From the IMG/VR virus record IMGVR_UViG_3300045988_082835: a stretch of DNA of 64,000 nucleotides; one strand, given 5' to 3'. Of the stretch, positions 45,807 to 60,676 are shown piece after piece (within the stretch, counting starts at the first letter, position 1; every line of letters begins with the position of its first letter). Source of the stretch: a virus. The notes under the pieces were generated by a model that was not told the origin of the DNA, did no database searches, and saw only the letters and a list, made by a program, of their open reading frames with translations. Position numbers and translations under genes: made by a program.

Positions 45807-48800
45807 TTATGCAAACTAGGCATAAATACCTTTCTATCCAGATTTTGGTACATTCATGTTGAAATTTTCTGCATTTACCCAGATACCTGCTCCCTCAGCA
45901 TTTAAAGCTATATTTCTTGCAGACTAAAGAATAATACTCTATCCCTAATCAAGTGTCCTAATACCAATATTGTCAGTAACACCATCATCATCTCTACCTG
46001 GTACATATCCTAAAAATCCAAGATAAGTATTCCAGCGACCATGATCATTATAATATATTTGTACCTATTCTGTCTATACTAAGCCGTTAAACAATCTTGT
46101 AGTACCATTCTCTAATCCATCTTCACTAATAGTCCACCCGCCGATTTCGCCATTATCACAGGTTAAAGTAGTCGCATTAATATCTCCACTAATATCTACG
46201 TTATCAGATTCAAAATCCTCACATACAATCCTACCATTTGAATATAGAGTGGTTCCGCCTCCAGAGATTCTACTTGGACTAATAGTCCACCCGCCGATTT
46301 CGCCATCGTCTGCATAAATAGAGCCATTAATCGTTGCATTTTTACACTACATCTCACCTGAACTGGTAACATAAAAATAAGAAGAACCAGAGAAAACAGG
46401 TCTATCTGCTGTGCTGCTAGAACTAGCTCCAGCCCAGAAACGATAAGTTCCTGAACTTGCTATACCGGTTCTATAATTATCACTAGTTAACTTATTAGAA
46501 GAAAGAATCCAACCTCCAATATTTCCCTATTTAGCAGTAATTAATCCGCCTTTAGAAACAGAAAATTTAGCACTTGATGCTGTAGCACTTCCTGCCCAAA
46601 TAGCAAAATCATTATTATTAGTAGGAGTAGAAGTATTGGTTGGAGATTGGCTATTTAATTCAACTCTCGTTGAGCCAGAGCCGCTATATAGTCTATTGGT
46701 TTCAATAGTCCAACCATTAGATCCTGTTTTCGTTCCTCCAATTTTACCAGAAGAGGCGTAAATAGTCCCTGAAACTTCTGCATTGGTTGCTTTTACAGTT
46801 CCATTATATTTTACTGTAAAAGCTCCTCCGCCAATCTTTATAGCTTCGGTAGATCCATCTGCTTTAAGATCAGCAAGAGTAATAGTCATTCCATTAGAGG
46901 CATCCCCACCTTCTTCTGAAGAATTCCCTCCACCATAAATCTTCGCTGAAGTTCCATCAATAATGATCTATCCTCCACCACTTTTAGCTCCAAAAAACGC
47001 TGTTCCATTTTCCATTAAACCAAAAGTATTAACTCCAGCTTTATAACCATATAAACCTATTTTATCTTGAACGCTATCTTTTCCCATAACTACACCAGTA
47101 AAACGATTAAAACTATCTTTCTCTCCTGCTCCAATCTATGGAGCTAAGATATACTAACCATTTTCTTCATCAATTTGTAGCTATGTGCCATCCCATCCAT
47201 TTATTAGCTCATTGCCATATGTATCAAGATATAAAATAACGGGATGGTAGATATATTTTCCTTCGTATTCACATTTTAATAAAGCAATATTATTATCTTC
47301 AAAAATAAAACTAGATGCAGGTTCAAGATAATAAAGATTATCTTTTTCTTCAACTGTTAAAATTTCTTTTACAAGAGAAGAAATATTACGACTATAATCC
47401 TAATTATTAACAATAAATTCAATGTTATTGCTATAAAAGGATGGATTAACACCAGACGCAGTATATTTAATATAAGAAGGAATAGAACTAATATCAATAT
47501 TATTTAATTCATCATCACTAAAATTAACAGCAACATCAATAGGGTAATTACAGTAAATTTCATAGGCTCTATTATTCTTATTGTCATTAATAGTTACCTA
47601 AACTTTTACATATCCGCCTGCGGGATTTGAGATCAACTATGTTGTACCACTTGCTATTTTGCGGTCATCATTCTCGCCTTCCCGCAATTCAATATTAACA
47701 CCAGTCCATTTATAAGATAGGGTGTAATTACCATTATTATTGATTAATTCTCCATCTTTATATACATAGCATCTTATAGGTAATTCATTTACCCAAGATT
47801 CATCTCTATAAACTAATGGAGTTAATCCAGATAGTTTCAATCCAGTGTCAGGATCAAATGGTCTAATAGCACTTACGTATGTAGTACCATTTGTACCCTA
47901 ATCACCATCTTTTAAGAACAGAATTTCTTTTCGGAAAGAATATTCTTGCTCATCCATAGTGATTATACGAACTAAGATAGTATTATTGTTAAAATTAACT
48001 TTATACTTCTACTTAATAGTATAATGTAAAATATTACTATTGTCAACCCAGAGGTTTTCAATCATAGACTCGCTAGGATTATATCTTGAATTAGTAATAT
48101 CTTTTCCATCTGGACCAATCCATTCTACTTTATAAGAAGTTCCTACACCATCTTTCCAAGTTAAAACAACTTGAAGAGTACGTTCTTTTTCAGCGTCTTC
48201 AATAGCTATATCTCCATTTGCATCATATCTGAATGTATCTTCTCCATTATAGGTAATTGTTACATCTTCTTCAGAAGAGCTATTTGTGACAAGATGTTCT
48301 AATACAGAGATAATCTCGGTATGTTCTTTATTATAAACTCCACAAATAAAAGTGACAGAAGAGTACAATAACAAATTAGTAACTGTGATGGAATTTTGCT
48401 ATAATCCAACTGCTGTATAGCTTCCATCTGGATAAAGCATATACCAATCTCCAATAAGAACGGTGTTATCCGCATTGTTCTAAATTTGAATGATAATATC
48501 TTCTCCTACTGTTGTTTGTTTAAGCTGAAAATCATAGTTACTTGTTAAATTATATATCATTACTTCCGCACTCAATGTTACGCTATCATTATATATAACC
48601 ACTAATTTATACTACTTCTAATGTTTCACTTGCTCAGCCTTAAGTGTCATCGTATTGCTCTCGGACGCTGTGACGGGAGCCCATCCTACACCACCATTTT
48701 TATCGTAAGAATCGCTACCTAACAAAACACTTACATCTCGCTCAAACCACTTACATTTACAAGTTTGTTCATCTATTATATTATCGCCCTAATAAATTAA

Positions 48801-49727
48801 TCGACCAACTAAATCAAGAGAAGAGATCTCGTTGGTAAATGAATTTCCTTGCGGGGTCGAAATATCTAAATAATATAAATTATCTGTTAAATCTTTCTAT
48901 TCAACAAACTAAATCTCTATATCCTTTACAAAAATGTTAGGTACAGTTCTATTCTCTTTATCTGTAACTACACCAGATTCCACATAACGATCATAGACAA
49001 AATTTTCTTCAAATAACTTAATCTATTTAAGTCCAGTTAAATAATTTTTTTGAGCCTTAATAACCACAGATTGCGGGCTGTAGACCTAAAAGCGATAGGG
49101 ATCTCCATTAAAAGAACTTAAATCAAGCTTATAAGAAACTATATCTCCGCTCTTTGTAAAAAACTATATATCTAAACCATAATTTCCTTTGGTATGTTCA
49201 CAATGGAAAGTAGTTAAGAAAGAGGCTTTTATTCTAATAAGCTCATTGTTATTTGCATACTATTGGAATAGTCCATGATATCCTTCTTCATTACCACTAT
49301 AAATAATCTACTAACTTAAATCACTATCTGCTGGTGCGCCTGCTACGACGCCCCTTTCCGCATCTTTGTCATAATCATACATTGTATCAAATGTTGGGCT
49401 TTTTTCTATTATTGAATTAGAAAGCGACAGCATCTCTCCATATGATAATGATTGTTCATTTGTCTTACAAACAATTCTTTTTCTTGCAGATAAATCATCC
49501 TGGGGAATAGTAACATATACAGTATCCCCTACTTTATACTGCTTTTTTACATCATCCGCAAAAGCAGAAACTATATTTCCAGAATATTTAACTTTATACT
49601 CTCCGCTATCAAGATTAACAATACTACTAATCTCTGCTGAAATAGTCTTATCATAAGTTAATTTTGATAGTGCTTTATCAACTAGAATATCTATCGTCTA
49701 AAAGATAGATTCAGAAGCAGTATTCAT
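45807..49727 (-). CDS. giant tail protein (1306 aa) with a C-terminal beta-helix-like GGWTIS repeat region
   Basis: AAAAAGGAGG ribosome-binding site at 49735. Single frame (length divisible by 3) containing ORFs 48009, 47637 and 46527. Repeats GEIGGWTIS. Confidence 0.5.
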
Positions 49728-49755
49728 TATTTATCCTCCTTTTTCTCATAGGGAT

Positions 49756-49780
49756 AATAGGGGAGGAAATCTCCCCTATT
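49756..49780 (-). terminator. hairpin after the tape measure gene (terminator or attenuator)
   Basis: aataggggag-gaaat-ctcccctatt. Confidence 0.4.
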
Positions 49781-52700
49781 ATTCTTTTCTTCTATTCGCC
49801 CATTGAGTAGCATCATCCGCCAAACTACGAATAGCATCTTGAATTTCATCAGAAGATGTCGCATTGGGGAATTCAACTCGTTCAATATTTATATTTGGCT
49901 AAACCACATTATCTGTCGGCGCAATCTAGGTATTAGTTCCCAATCTAGATGCCATAATACTAGAAATAGATAGTGCGTTCCCGTCAAGAGTTTTCTCAAT
50001 AGAGGCTATAAAACTAGGTCCAAAGGCTCTCATAGCAGAGACCGCCGCCAAGATATTTTTCGTATCCTCTTGATTTAAAACTAACTCTTTTTCATGTAAG
50101 AAAGCTAATTTAGCATTATCAAATTCTCCAGTATATCCTCCAGTATCGAAGCCACTTATCTAACTTTCTTTTAGCCATCCATAAGCGGAATTATTGGACT
50201 GTACATGGATTGGATAAGGTCTACCCTTAGCTATGTTTGTTATTCTAACCTTTTTACCTGGACCGCGTCTACCAGCAGGATCAGTGCCATAAGAATCATG
50301 ATAGTAAGTTCCACCAGTATAAATAACTTCATCTCCTACTTCGGGGATTCCATTACCTCCTCCAGTTCCACTACTGGAAGATCCACTACCACTATTGCCT
50401 GAGCTACCTTTATCAGTATCAGAAGATTGACTTGAATCAGAAGAAGGCAAGTCATCTTTATCTATACTTCCTGCGCTTTCTATTGTGTTACCAGCAGCTC
50501 TAGCGGCTTCTTCAAGCGCTCTTATATATTCTCTGACTGAATCGGCCATATCTAAATACTCTTGACTTAAATCTTGAATAGTGCTTATCTATTCTAACAT
50601 CTAAGTAACGGCATTTGATCCAGCCTCAGAGCACAAATCAGTAGAAGTTGAAACATCGTCGATATAATCTTTTAAATCATCGAGACTTGTTCCAGTCTAA
50701 TCGGCTACTCCAGAAACAGTAGTTTGATAATCTTCCATCGCTCCGCTAGCTTCATCCATTGCATTAGATAAAAACTCTTCAAAGTTACCAGCATTAGCGG
50801 TCATATTGGCTAAGTCTTTCGCAAATACATTATCAAATAGGTCAATAAGTTTTGTATTACTTCCTACTATATCTTGAATCTACTCGTTATCTGATAGTAA
50901 CAAATCAATAATGCTAGAGCCAGAGTTAGCTATAATATCTTGAATTTCTTGACTTGTAATTCCAGTTAGGTCACTTACCTCGTCTCCCGCAACAATAGCC
51001 ATATCAATTAAAGCTTTATTGCCGGCTTCGGTCATATCCTTAATAGCGATCTATTTTTCGCTCTCTAAGTCCTTAACCTTCTGCGTATAATAAGAATAAA
51101 TTTCTTGCGCGCGAGCAGATCTTTCTTCATCAGTCAAGGTCATATCAGAATAGATTTCTTTTATCTTATCTTGACACTCTTGCCAAGTAGAAATAATCTC
51201 TCCTGTAACATCCTCTACCTGTTGCTTTGCTATATTATACCATTCGTTCTCCGCATCAAGTAAATTCTGCTCTGCGTCAGCTATCTGGCTCGCATCTGCG
51301 GTGTATTGATAATTCCAGTTACCTTGACTATCTCTCACTAGTCTAAGTTGATTTTTCGCATTTTGAGCATCTTCAAGTGCCATCTAAGCCTAAAGAACAT
51401 TATACTTAGCTTCGAGAATTTCTAAATCGTATTCAGATAAGGTATTGTTCTCTCTACGTATATCAATTTCCTCTTGTAGCTATTTTAACTAATCTTTCAT
51501 CTTAGAGTTAGTAGCCTTATCAATATCCTGTTGTAGTTTATTATACCAAGAAGATACCTCATACGCTTCATTTACTTTATCTAAATATCTATCCTCTTGT
51601 TCGATATAATGATCGAATTTGTCTTGTAGTAGATCTAATCCTACTCCACCAGAAACAGCCTATCCAAATTCATATACTGCTCTTTCAATAGCTTGAGTAT
51701 ACATCTCCTAAGCAGTCTCCATAGCAGCTTGCGCGGAACTTAACATAGCCTCTTGTGCTTCATTAAATTCTTCTAGTAGAGCATCTCTATTAGCTTTTAA
51801 ACCATCATATGCAGGATCGGTTTCATCTCCGCCTAATGCATCTAATGCAGCTTGAGCTTCCAATAGTTCTTGACGGATTCCGTCATACCATTGTTTATTC
51901 AGCTATGCATTGGCGACCTAAGCCTTCATAGTTTCTTCGCTTACTTCTTGAAGCTATTCAAATCCTTCTTCGGTCTTATATGTAACTCCCTAAAGAGCAT
52001 ATAATTCTTTGATGAGCCCTAGAACAGATTCATTATGATCAAGCTAATCAGTAAAAGCAGCAAATCTTTCTGACGCGGCATCTAATGCATCTGGTAGCAT
52101 TTCTTCAAGACCTTCTACCCAATCAAGCAAAGCCTCTGCGGTAGAAATCATTTTACCTTGTAAGTCAGATAACTTACTTACAATCTCATCAATATTAGTC
52201 GCATCTGTGGCATTAGCTAATTCTTCCTGATAACTTTTAAGGGCTTCTTCATAGCTCTTGATGATTTCAATGTTCTCGTTCATACTGTTTTTATCAATAC
52301 GAGCGACTTCCATTCCATGAGTTAGCTCATCACCAAAAGATTCTGCTATTTGTCTTGTTAGCTCATTAACCGCATCTTTAGCATCTTTTATATCTATCGC
52401 AACTTCAAGTTTATATTCAATCTAATTTAATCTATTATCTGCAATATTTCTTTCTAGCTCTTCTTGCTCATCTTTTACATCTTGAATCTTGTCAAGAGTT
52501 TCTTCATATTGAGCTAAAGCGTCCTAACGAGCCTAGAATAATTCATCAGCAACTTCTTTTTGTAATTGCCAACTATCATATTCTGCCTATCTAGCCTCCT
52601 ATTCATCTTTAGTAAGACTGCTAAACATTAATAAGAAAGCGTTGTAATCGGTTAAGAAGTTATTATTATAATCATCAACAATAGATTGAAGAACGTCTTG

Positions 52701-55700
52701 ATAACCTTCAATTTCTCCATTTTCATCAAAAGTAAGAGAATTGTTGAATAATCCTTGAAGGTCTGATCTATCTTTCTCAAGATAGGTCTCAGCCTCATCA
52801 AGCATCTTATTATAATTAGCTTGCTGTTTTTCTAACTCTTGAAGCTCTTTCTAATAAGCCTATAATTTCTTCGCTCCATATGCTCTATCTATATTATTAC
52901 CAATATCATCTAATAAATTATTCTAATTCTCAATCTCACGAGTTATTTCATGGTATCTATCTTCTATATCTTCAAGAGTTTTTTCATCTTCGGCATCATA
53001 TTTTGTACCTTCGTTATCTCCGCCAGAATCTTTATTTCTAATATTGTCTGTTGCTATTCTATTCGGATCTAATGCTCCATCAGGATCAAATGCAAATGGC
53101 TCCTAACCATAATCAAAAATACCATTCTATCCAGATCCCGTACCCTAAGAAGATAAATATGAACCAGCTTCTTTTAGAGCATTAGTAAAATTACCAATAG
53201 CATCTCCGCCCTCGCCGGAAATTTTTAATCCTAGAGTGGGAAGCTCAAAAGGAAGATCCGCTTTGCCAGCTAGCCAATCATCTATCTATAATTTTCCCCA
53301 TGATTTTACATATGGAGTAAAACCTAAATCATATTCAAAATTAGAAATTAAATCTCCTAGTGCTGTTAGAACAGCCCCAGCCGCCTATGAAGTTGAGCTA
53401 ATTGTATTAGCACTCTCGGACATAGTAGAATTAATAACGGCTCCAGCGATACTAGCATCAGTGGACATTGCTTGCATTAAAGCATCGGCGCTTGTATCTA
53501 GTCCATTTGCTAGCGTTACTCCCTAATCAAGAACACCCTAGAGAATCCTTTTATAAGATTCGTTATTAGTCTATTCTAGTCCTACGAGCTATTGTCCAAT
53601 ACTTGATACCATTGCCTAAAATTCTGTCGCAGTAGTATCGAAATTATTATCAATGGTAAAATCTATCGCTCCAAAGCTATCAGCATAGTTTAATAAGTAA
53701 TCGTAATTATCTACTAAACTATTTACAATTCCCATCATGTCTTGGGCATCGCTCACTTGTTTTTCCCAAGTATTTAAATTAGATATATCAGACATGGTTC
53801 TGGCATATTCTTCCTCAGAAATTGTAGTTTGATCTACTCCATCTTTGAGTTCCCAAACTCCGTCTGTATTTTTTGTAATATTCTAATTTAATTTAGACTA
53901 AGCCGTAATTAATGCTTTCGTGGCAGCGATTGTTCCCTCATAGTAATCATCCATATTGATGGTTCCAGATTTAAACTTTTTATTTAAATCTATCAGTCCA
54001 TCCCCTATAGACCCGGTTGCAGCGACCAAAGTAGCTTCATATAAATCAGTTTCTTCTATATTATCGTCAATTTCTTCGTTTAATCTATGAAAGCCTGCAT
54101 TTATATTACTTAATCTTTTATTAATCGTATCAAAATATTCTTGGGCAGATATTGCCCCCTCCTGATACGCTTTCGCATTATCACTAAGGGCCTATGTTCT
54201 CTCTTTAAACAATTCTACATCAGTTTCACTTGTAAACGTATAATCATTTATTGCATTTGAATCACTGGCTCGCGATACTAATTCATCCCACATATTAATA
54301 TAATTCTAGAGATAATCAGTATTTACCCCATATTTTTCTTTCATAGATTCTATTGTAGCATCAAGAATTTGCTCTTCTTGTCGTTCAGAATCTAAAAATG
54401 TCTAAAGAGACTAATTTGTTAGTTTATACGCATCTCCAACTTTAACAATATACTAAGCATATCTTTCATCTGCATTAATGAGTTCTTGAACTTGATCCAT
54501 GGTTAGATAGCCTTCTTGATCCTTATATGACTATAAGGCAGATTCAAGAGCACTCTAACTATTATTTAATTCTTCCAATATAGATTTTAAGTCGTCTATT
54601 CCCTTTACATTTATATTTATTTCATTAATTTTATAATTATCTAAAAATTCCTATAATTCTTCAACCGCATCAAAATTATCTATATTGACATCCATAAGGA
54701 TTTCCCAATCCTCATTTGATAGAGAATCAAAATCAAAATCACTAAATTTACTTTCTACTTTTTCCTTTGCTTCATCTACTCTGCTATCTACAAAAGTTAA
54801 AAACTCATCTACGCTGACTCCAGCTAACATTAATTCATTTTTAATGGATTCTGTTATCAAACCAGAGGCTGCACTAATATCACTACTAGCCAAAGTGCTA
54901 TAAAGCTAAGTAGAAATCTATTTAACTGATTGGTTATCTAAAATTGGTTTTAATATAACCTCTTCATATTCACTTTGACTGCCATAAAGATTTTTACGAA
55001 TAAGAGATAACTGCTCCTGCATTGAAGCTATCATTTCTGGATTATACTCAATAACCCCGTCAGTAACAGATTTAATATATGCAGCATAATCATCTTCTGC
55101 TTGCTATATAGCTTCAGAATTGTCAGTTACCCACTGTGCCGTAATCTATTCATTTTGAGTAACCCAATCTTGATACTCTACTAAGTAATCACGATAGGCA
55201 TCAGAATTTTTATCAAGGCCCTAAGTAATACTATTAAACCAAGTGTCTGCATCTACGTACTAATCTTTATAAGTATATCTATTCTATTCAAGTACAAATT
55301 GAGCATTTGGATCATTTAAATCCATGCTCTATTCTAACTCTTTAAACCAGTCCTAGTCTCCATTGTATTCATTCCAACTTCTCCACTAGGTTAAATCTGG
55401 TCCTCCTGCCAAACTCTTAGTAGATTTATCATAATTCTCTTCGATAGTTTTTGCCTAGGCTTTTTGCGCTTCTTCTGTTAACTTCTCTTGTAACTCAACC
55501 TATCTCTACAAAGAAGATTCTGCCTATTTAAGTTTTTCTAATTCTTCTTGTTCGACTATACTTAAAGAATCCTAATTATTTAATTCTTCTATTCTATCTT
55601 TCGTTGTCTATAATTCAGAATTTAAAGATTCTAATGCAGATTTCTAATCCTCATAAGCCTAGGTAGCACTAGATATTTTTTCTCTAGCCTCTTCTTCCGT

Positions 55701-58478
55701 AACAATAATGAGAGAAATAACATTAACAAGTAAGGTTACTCCCAAAGTGATTAACCCAATAAGTGGTAAAGCAGTTGAGATAGCCGCACCAACAGTAGTA
55801 ATACCAGCAGCCGCAGTTTTAGCTGAAGCTCCAACTGTTAAATACGATATTGCAGTTAAACTATTTTGTAATGCCTGCTTTTTAAACAAGGTAGAGATTG
55901 TTGGTAATAACATTCCAAAGTTAGTAAGAATAACTGTAAAATCTTCAACAGTAAACTCTCCCTCTTTCACAGAATTTGTAAAAGTAGAGAACATGGAATT
56001 AATACTTGTCATTCCCATTGTAACTTGCGATAAAGTGGTTCCTACTTTAACCAATGTCTCAGCCCAGTCTAAAGTAGCATATCTGTTATTCTTTAACCCC
56101 TCACTAATTTCTTTTGTTTTCTACTGTAATAATTCTAATCCCTATCTAAAAGCCTCAGCACTAATTTCATTATTCTTAAAAGCTGCTACAAGACCACTTA
56201 GATCATTTTTAAATTTAACAGAACCATCACCTAAAGAAGTAATAACTCTATTTAATGCAGCAACGTCTGATTCTGCCCCTTTTAATGCTTCCTAAAACTA
56301 CTAAGAGGTAGTAAGATATTCTATTATCTCCTAATTTGTTGCATCTTGAGCACCTTCAAAAAGATTTAGGCTTCTTACTAAATTAATAGTTTCTTGAGAG
56401 ATTTCATTGGTTCCAGAACCAACTAATTTCTATACTTGCTAAAACTTAGAAAGACTTACGCTCGCCACTTTTAATTTGTCAATTAAACTCTAAAGGGCTT
56501 GCTAATTTGTCTTTGAACTATAGAGAATTTCTGTTTCTATGTCCTCATAAAAAGAAAATTTATTTTCATCTTCTAACACAAGCGCCGATAGTAGATTATC
56601 CTTCCATTTTTTATTGGGAACTAAACGCTCAGACAAACTATTTGTATAAGCTGTAATAAGTTCATCTGATTTGCTAACCTACTACCCAATTAAATTAACC
56701 TATGTCTATAAAACCTTTACTCTATCTAAATCTTGTTGTAAAATACCAGCCTAGCGCTCAGATAGTTGTGTGGCCGCAGCGGACGCTTCTCCTTCAAGCT
56801 AAACAATCTAAGCTTGAGTATTTACCATCTATCCCTAAATAGTATTATCAAGTGCGGATTTCGCGATAATATCAGCCATCTATGCGGCTTCAGTTCTCAA
56901 AGTTTGCGCTCTATCCTTTTCTCTCTATCCGATAATACCAAGATTAGAAGCAATATCTCTCATTCCTTGCGCAATCTTATCACCAAAAGCCTTATTCATC
57001 AGTAAAGCAGTTGTTGCTAAAACGCCAGACATTCCGCCTAAACCATCAATAATATCAGCAGTTGTACTTAAAATAGGACTAAGAACATCATCTACCCCAA
57101 TATAAAAATCAGGATTTATTAAACTATCATAAATATCTTCCGCGGATGCTCTTACTCTATCTCTTGCCGCCTCCCAAGATTCAGCATAAATATCTGCTTG
57201 TTCTTGTAGAGATCCTTCTGCTCCATAAGAACTCTCCAAATTTTCCTAGAAGAAATCCCAGTTATCCATAAGAGCAATAAGACGAGTATATTGACGTACT
57301 CCAGCTACAGTCTGTGCTAATGCAATCTATTGATCATTAGATAGAGTTTCCCATTTCTCTCCCATTTCATCTAATAAAGTATCCATAGTCTTGATTTCTC
57401 CATTAACGTCAAAGATGTTAATTCCAACTTTATCAAGAGCCTAAGAATATTTATTTAGAGTAGTTCCATCATCAAGTGTTTCTCCAAGATTTAAGCCCTG
57501 AATACGTGCAAATAATGTTCTAAATGCAGTACCTACAGTATTCGCAGATTCACGAGTTGTAGCAGTAACAGTAGCAAGCGCAGACGCGGCATACTCATAA
57601 CTCAAACCTACCGTCTCTGCAACTGCGGCAAACTGCTAGATACCTTCTGAAATTTCATCAGAGCTTGATGCAGTATCTGCACCTAAGCGCACCATGACGT
57701 CTGCATAATACTCAAGACTTTTACTTCCATCATAGAAGTTATTCCATACCGCAGTTAACTAGTCAGATGCAGTCTAAGCGCTAACACCCGCGGCGTTTGC
57801 CATTTTTATAGTAGTTTCAGTTCTATCTAAAACTTCCTACTCAGTAAGGCCCTACTGATAGTAAATCAGAGCTGCGTCAGTATAATCTACTGTAGTTGTA
57901 CTCAATGCCTTAGCTGCTTCGTTAGCCTACTTAGCAAAAACAGCCATATCCTCGGCAGAATTTTCAGTAACTATACGAATGTTTGTCAGAGATTCATTTA
58001 AATCTTTTGCATAACCATAAGCTGTCTCTAAAGAGCCAATAAAACCCTATAAAGTGCTTGCTGTAATCTACCAACGAACCGTATTTTTCATTGTAATCCA
58101 CAAATCAGACATTAACTTATTAGTTCTGATTAACGGAGTTTCCGCCGCCATAATAGCCTGAGAAAGATTTAAGAATGTTTCTTGCCCCTAAATTCCCAGT
58201 TTGCTTAGTTGATTATAATAGTCTGTTAAAGTCTTTCCGCTTTTTACTAAACTATCATTAAAAGCAGTCAAATCTAACTTACCTGAATTTCCATTAGTAG
58301 CCATCTAAAGATTACGGCTCAATTCAAGGGCCGCCAAAGATGCCTACTGAAGTTCACTAGAAATAGATGGCTAATTGCCTAATTTCTATAAACTATTTAT
58401 AACTTCATTAACAGAGGTTTTTAGCTGACTCGCGTCAGCGGTAAACCCAATCTAATAGTTTAATCTTTTATTAGCCAC
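49779..58478 (-). CDS. tail tape measure protein (about 2900 codons, dozens of in-frame TAG; GTG start)
   Basis: All seven ORF-track fragments between 50160 and 57239 lie in one frame. Extended coiled coils, a transmembrane block (55659-56054) and a C-terminal motif are all of tape-measure type. Stops between fragments were not all checked. Confidence 0.55.
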
Positions 58479-58588
58479 AGTCCTTTTCCTCCTTTATCTC
58501 TACGATAAAACAAATAAGGCTCTTGAGAATTATATCTTCTCAAGAGCCTTTTAATTCTCTATCTAATTTGTAAATTTTATTAGATTTA

Positions 58589-59119
58589 TTAATCTTTTCC
58601 AACCACATCTTTAATTACTGATAGTGTTTCAAGATTTTCACCATTCTTAATCTTTTCTAGCATATCAGTAATATATGTATCAAGACCAGAAGCATTTTTA
58701 TTCATCATCTGAATAATGCCGGCCGCAGAACTATTATATCTTGAAATATCGCTTATAGTATCCTTAACTAAATCCTCAATAAAAGATAGTTCCTCCACCG
58801 GAATAATATCACGAATTGCATCAATTACACCGTTTGTCTCAAGAGTGTCATAGGTTTTTGCGATATTTTCATGCACATCTTCTGGCTCAAAAGTAATTCC
58901 GCCATACCATCTGCATATAGCAATAGCAAAATAGGTCTCCACTCTAACTGGACTAAAACAGCCAGTTGCCTCATCTATTGATAAATCAGTGACAAACATA
59001 ATAAGATTTGTTTTATCAGCAATAGGAAGATAATTAGCCACAGACAAAATCTTATCTGCTCCAACCTTTACTTCTGTATATTTAACTTTAGGCTCAAGCC
59101 CCAAATCTTTAAAAGTCAT
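58589..59119 (-). CDS. tail assembly chaperone (gpG-like) candidate
   Basis: ORF track; lies immediately upstream of the tape measure gene. Confidence 0.4.
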   Translation of the reverse strand: MTFKDLGLEPKVKYTEVKVGADKILSVANYLPIADKTNLIMFVTDLSIDEATGCFSPVRVETYFAIAICRWYGGITFEPEDVHENIAKTYDTLETNGVIDAIRDIIPVEELSFIEDLVKDTISDISRYNSSAAGIIQMMNKNASGLDTYITDMLEKIKNGENLETLSVIKDVVGKD

Positions 59120-59182
59120 TGTAAAATCTCCTTTATCTCATTTATATTTTTATTATACTAGAAAAATTAACTATTGTCAAGT

Positions 59183-60619
59183 TTAATATGCGTATTTAGA
59201 TAGTATATTATTATTTAAAGTTGCTGCAATAGTTAATTTATTTATAACTCCATTGACTATATTACTACGGGTGATTGCATCTAATATGTTTGCTCCAGAA
59301 TTGCCATACCACTTATTACCCAGAGCGCCTTCTCCACCAATAGAAACCACTTCATGAGCACTATTTCTAACAATATCATCACAGATATTATTAATAATTC
59401 GCTAGATTGAAAATACTCTACCATTAACTATAATAAACTATCCTAAATGACCCTTCTATGAACTAAACTCACTAGACTGAATCCACTAATTAAAGAAGGA
59501 CGCTGCAACAGAAGCCCGTATATTATTAAACGATTCTTCAAAATCAGCTCCAGTATATCTATGAGCAATCATATTATAAGCAAGATACTTCTCTGGCTAA
59601 CCAGAAAAATATTCTCCAACATTCATACTTGAAGAAGCAGAAATTTTATTCTAAGACATTTTCTTATTTTGCCATCTTGCATTTACATTTGTCCCTATCT
59701 CTATATTAAAAGTCTGATTGCCCTTGGTTACTTGCAAACTAAAGGTATCATTATTAAATATATTTGTAGTACCTTTAGACTTAGAGACATTATTCTATCC
59801 TTTATCAACCCATCGCAATTTTCCACCAGATTGCGCGATTACCTTATCTAATATACTATCCGCGGTATTAACTCCTATTGATATACCCTCTGCAACTATC
59901 GCCTAACTAATCTAATTTCCAATAACCCTTCTAAATATATAAGCAATAGTATTAGCAAAAGAACGAGAGTTTACTGATCCCTATTCACTTAAACGAGTAA
60001 CAGCCCTGTTTAAAGAATCTATTACATCTTTTGCGATATTTATATCTCCTTTGCCAACAGCCATAACATAACTTTGCTATGCCTAATCTATCTAAAAGCT
60101 AGTTCCTATTAGCTATCTTCCAATCTATGTTAAAGCATCAAGAACATTAACATTTATCATATTCGCTTTCGTTAAAGCTGATATAAGTAACCTAAAGAAA
60201 TCATTCACTCTCTATATTTCCGGTGTACCAGTTGATAACAAGTTATTAAAGCTTCCAACCTATTGCAATATAGTATTATAGTTTTCAAAATCTACCTATC
60301 CACCAGCTAATTCAATACCCTCATTAATACCGGCGGCAATCTAATCAAGAGTAGAGTCTAATAGGGTTCCTATCTCTAGATCACTTAGAATCTTTAATCC
60401 ACTGGCTGCGGAAGGCGCTTTTAGCTGCATCTATTCTTGAATTGAGGAGATCTAAGCCTCAATTCCCGCGGTCTATGCTTTATTTACTGCCTATTGATAC
60501 TATGCGCTGAATAAGGTATTCGCTGATTCTACGTCGCCATATTCTCTCAAATGGCTACTGTGATATACAATATAGTTAATAGACCAACGCTAAACATAAT
60601 CATAAATATCAATATCCAT
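59183..60619 (-). CDS. structural protein with extreme TAG density (about 35 TAG in 478 codons)
   Basis: AAGGAG ribosome-binding site; length divisible by 3; MDIDIYDYV(Q)RWSINYIV...; no ORF-track entry at all. Confidence 0.35.
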
Positions 60620-60635
60620 AACTCCAATTACTCCT

Positions 60636-60673
60636 TATAAAAAGAAAAAGGGAGGACATTAAGTCCTCCCTTT
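60636..60673 (-). terminator. rho-independent terminator
   Basis: aaagggaggac-atta-agtcctcccttt plus a T-run on the minus strand. Confidence 0.6.
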
Positions 60674-60676
60674 AGA

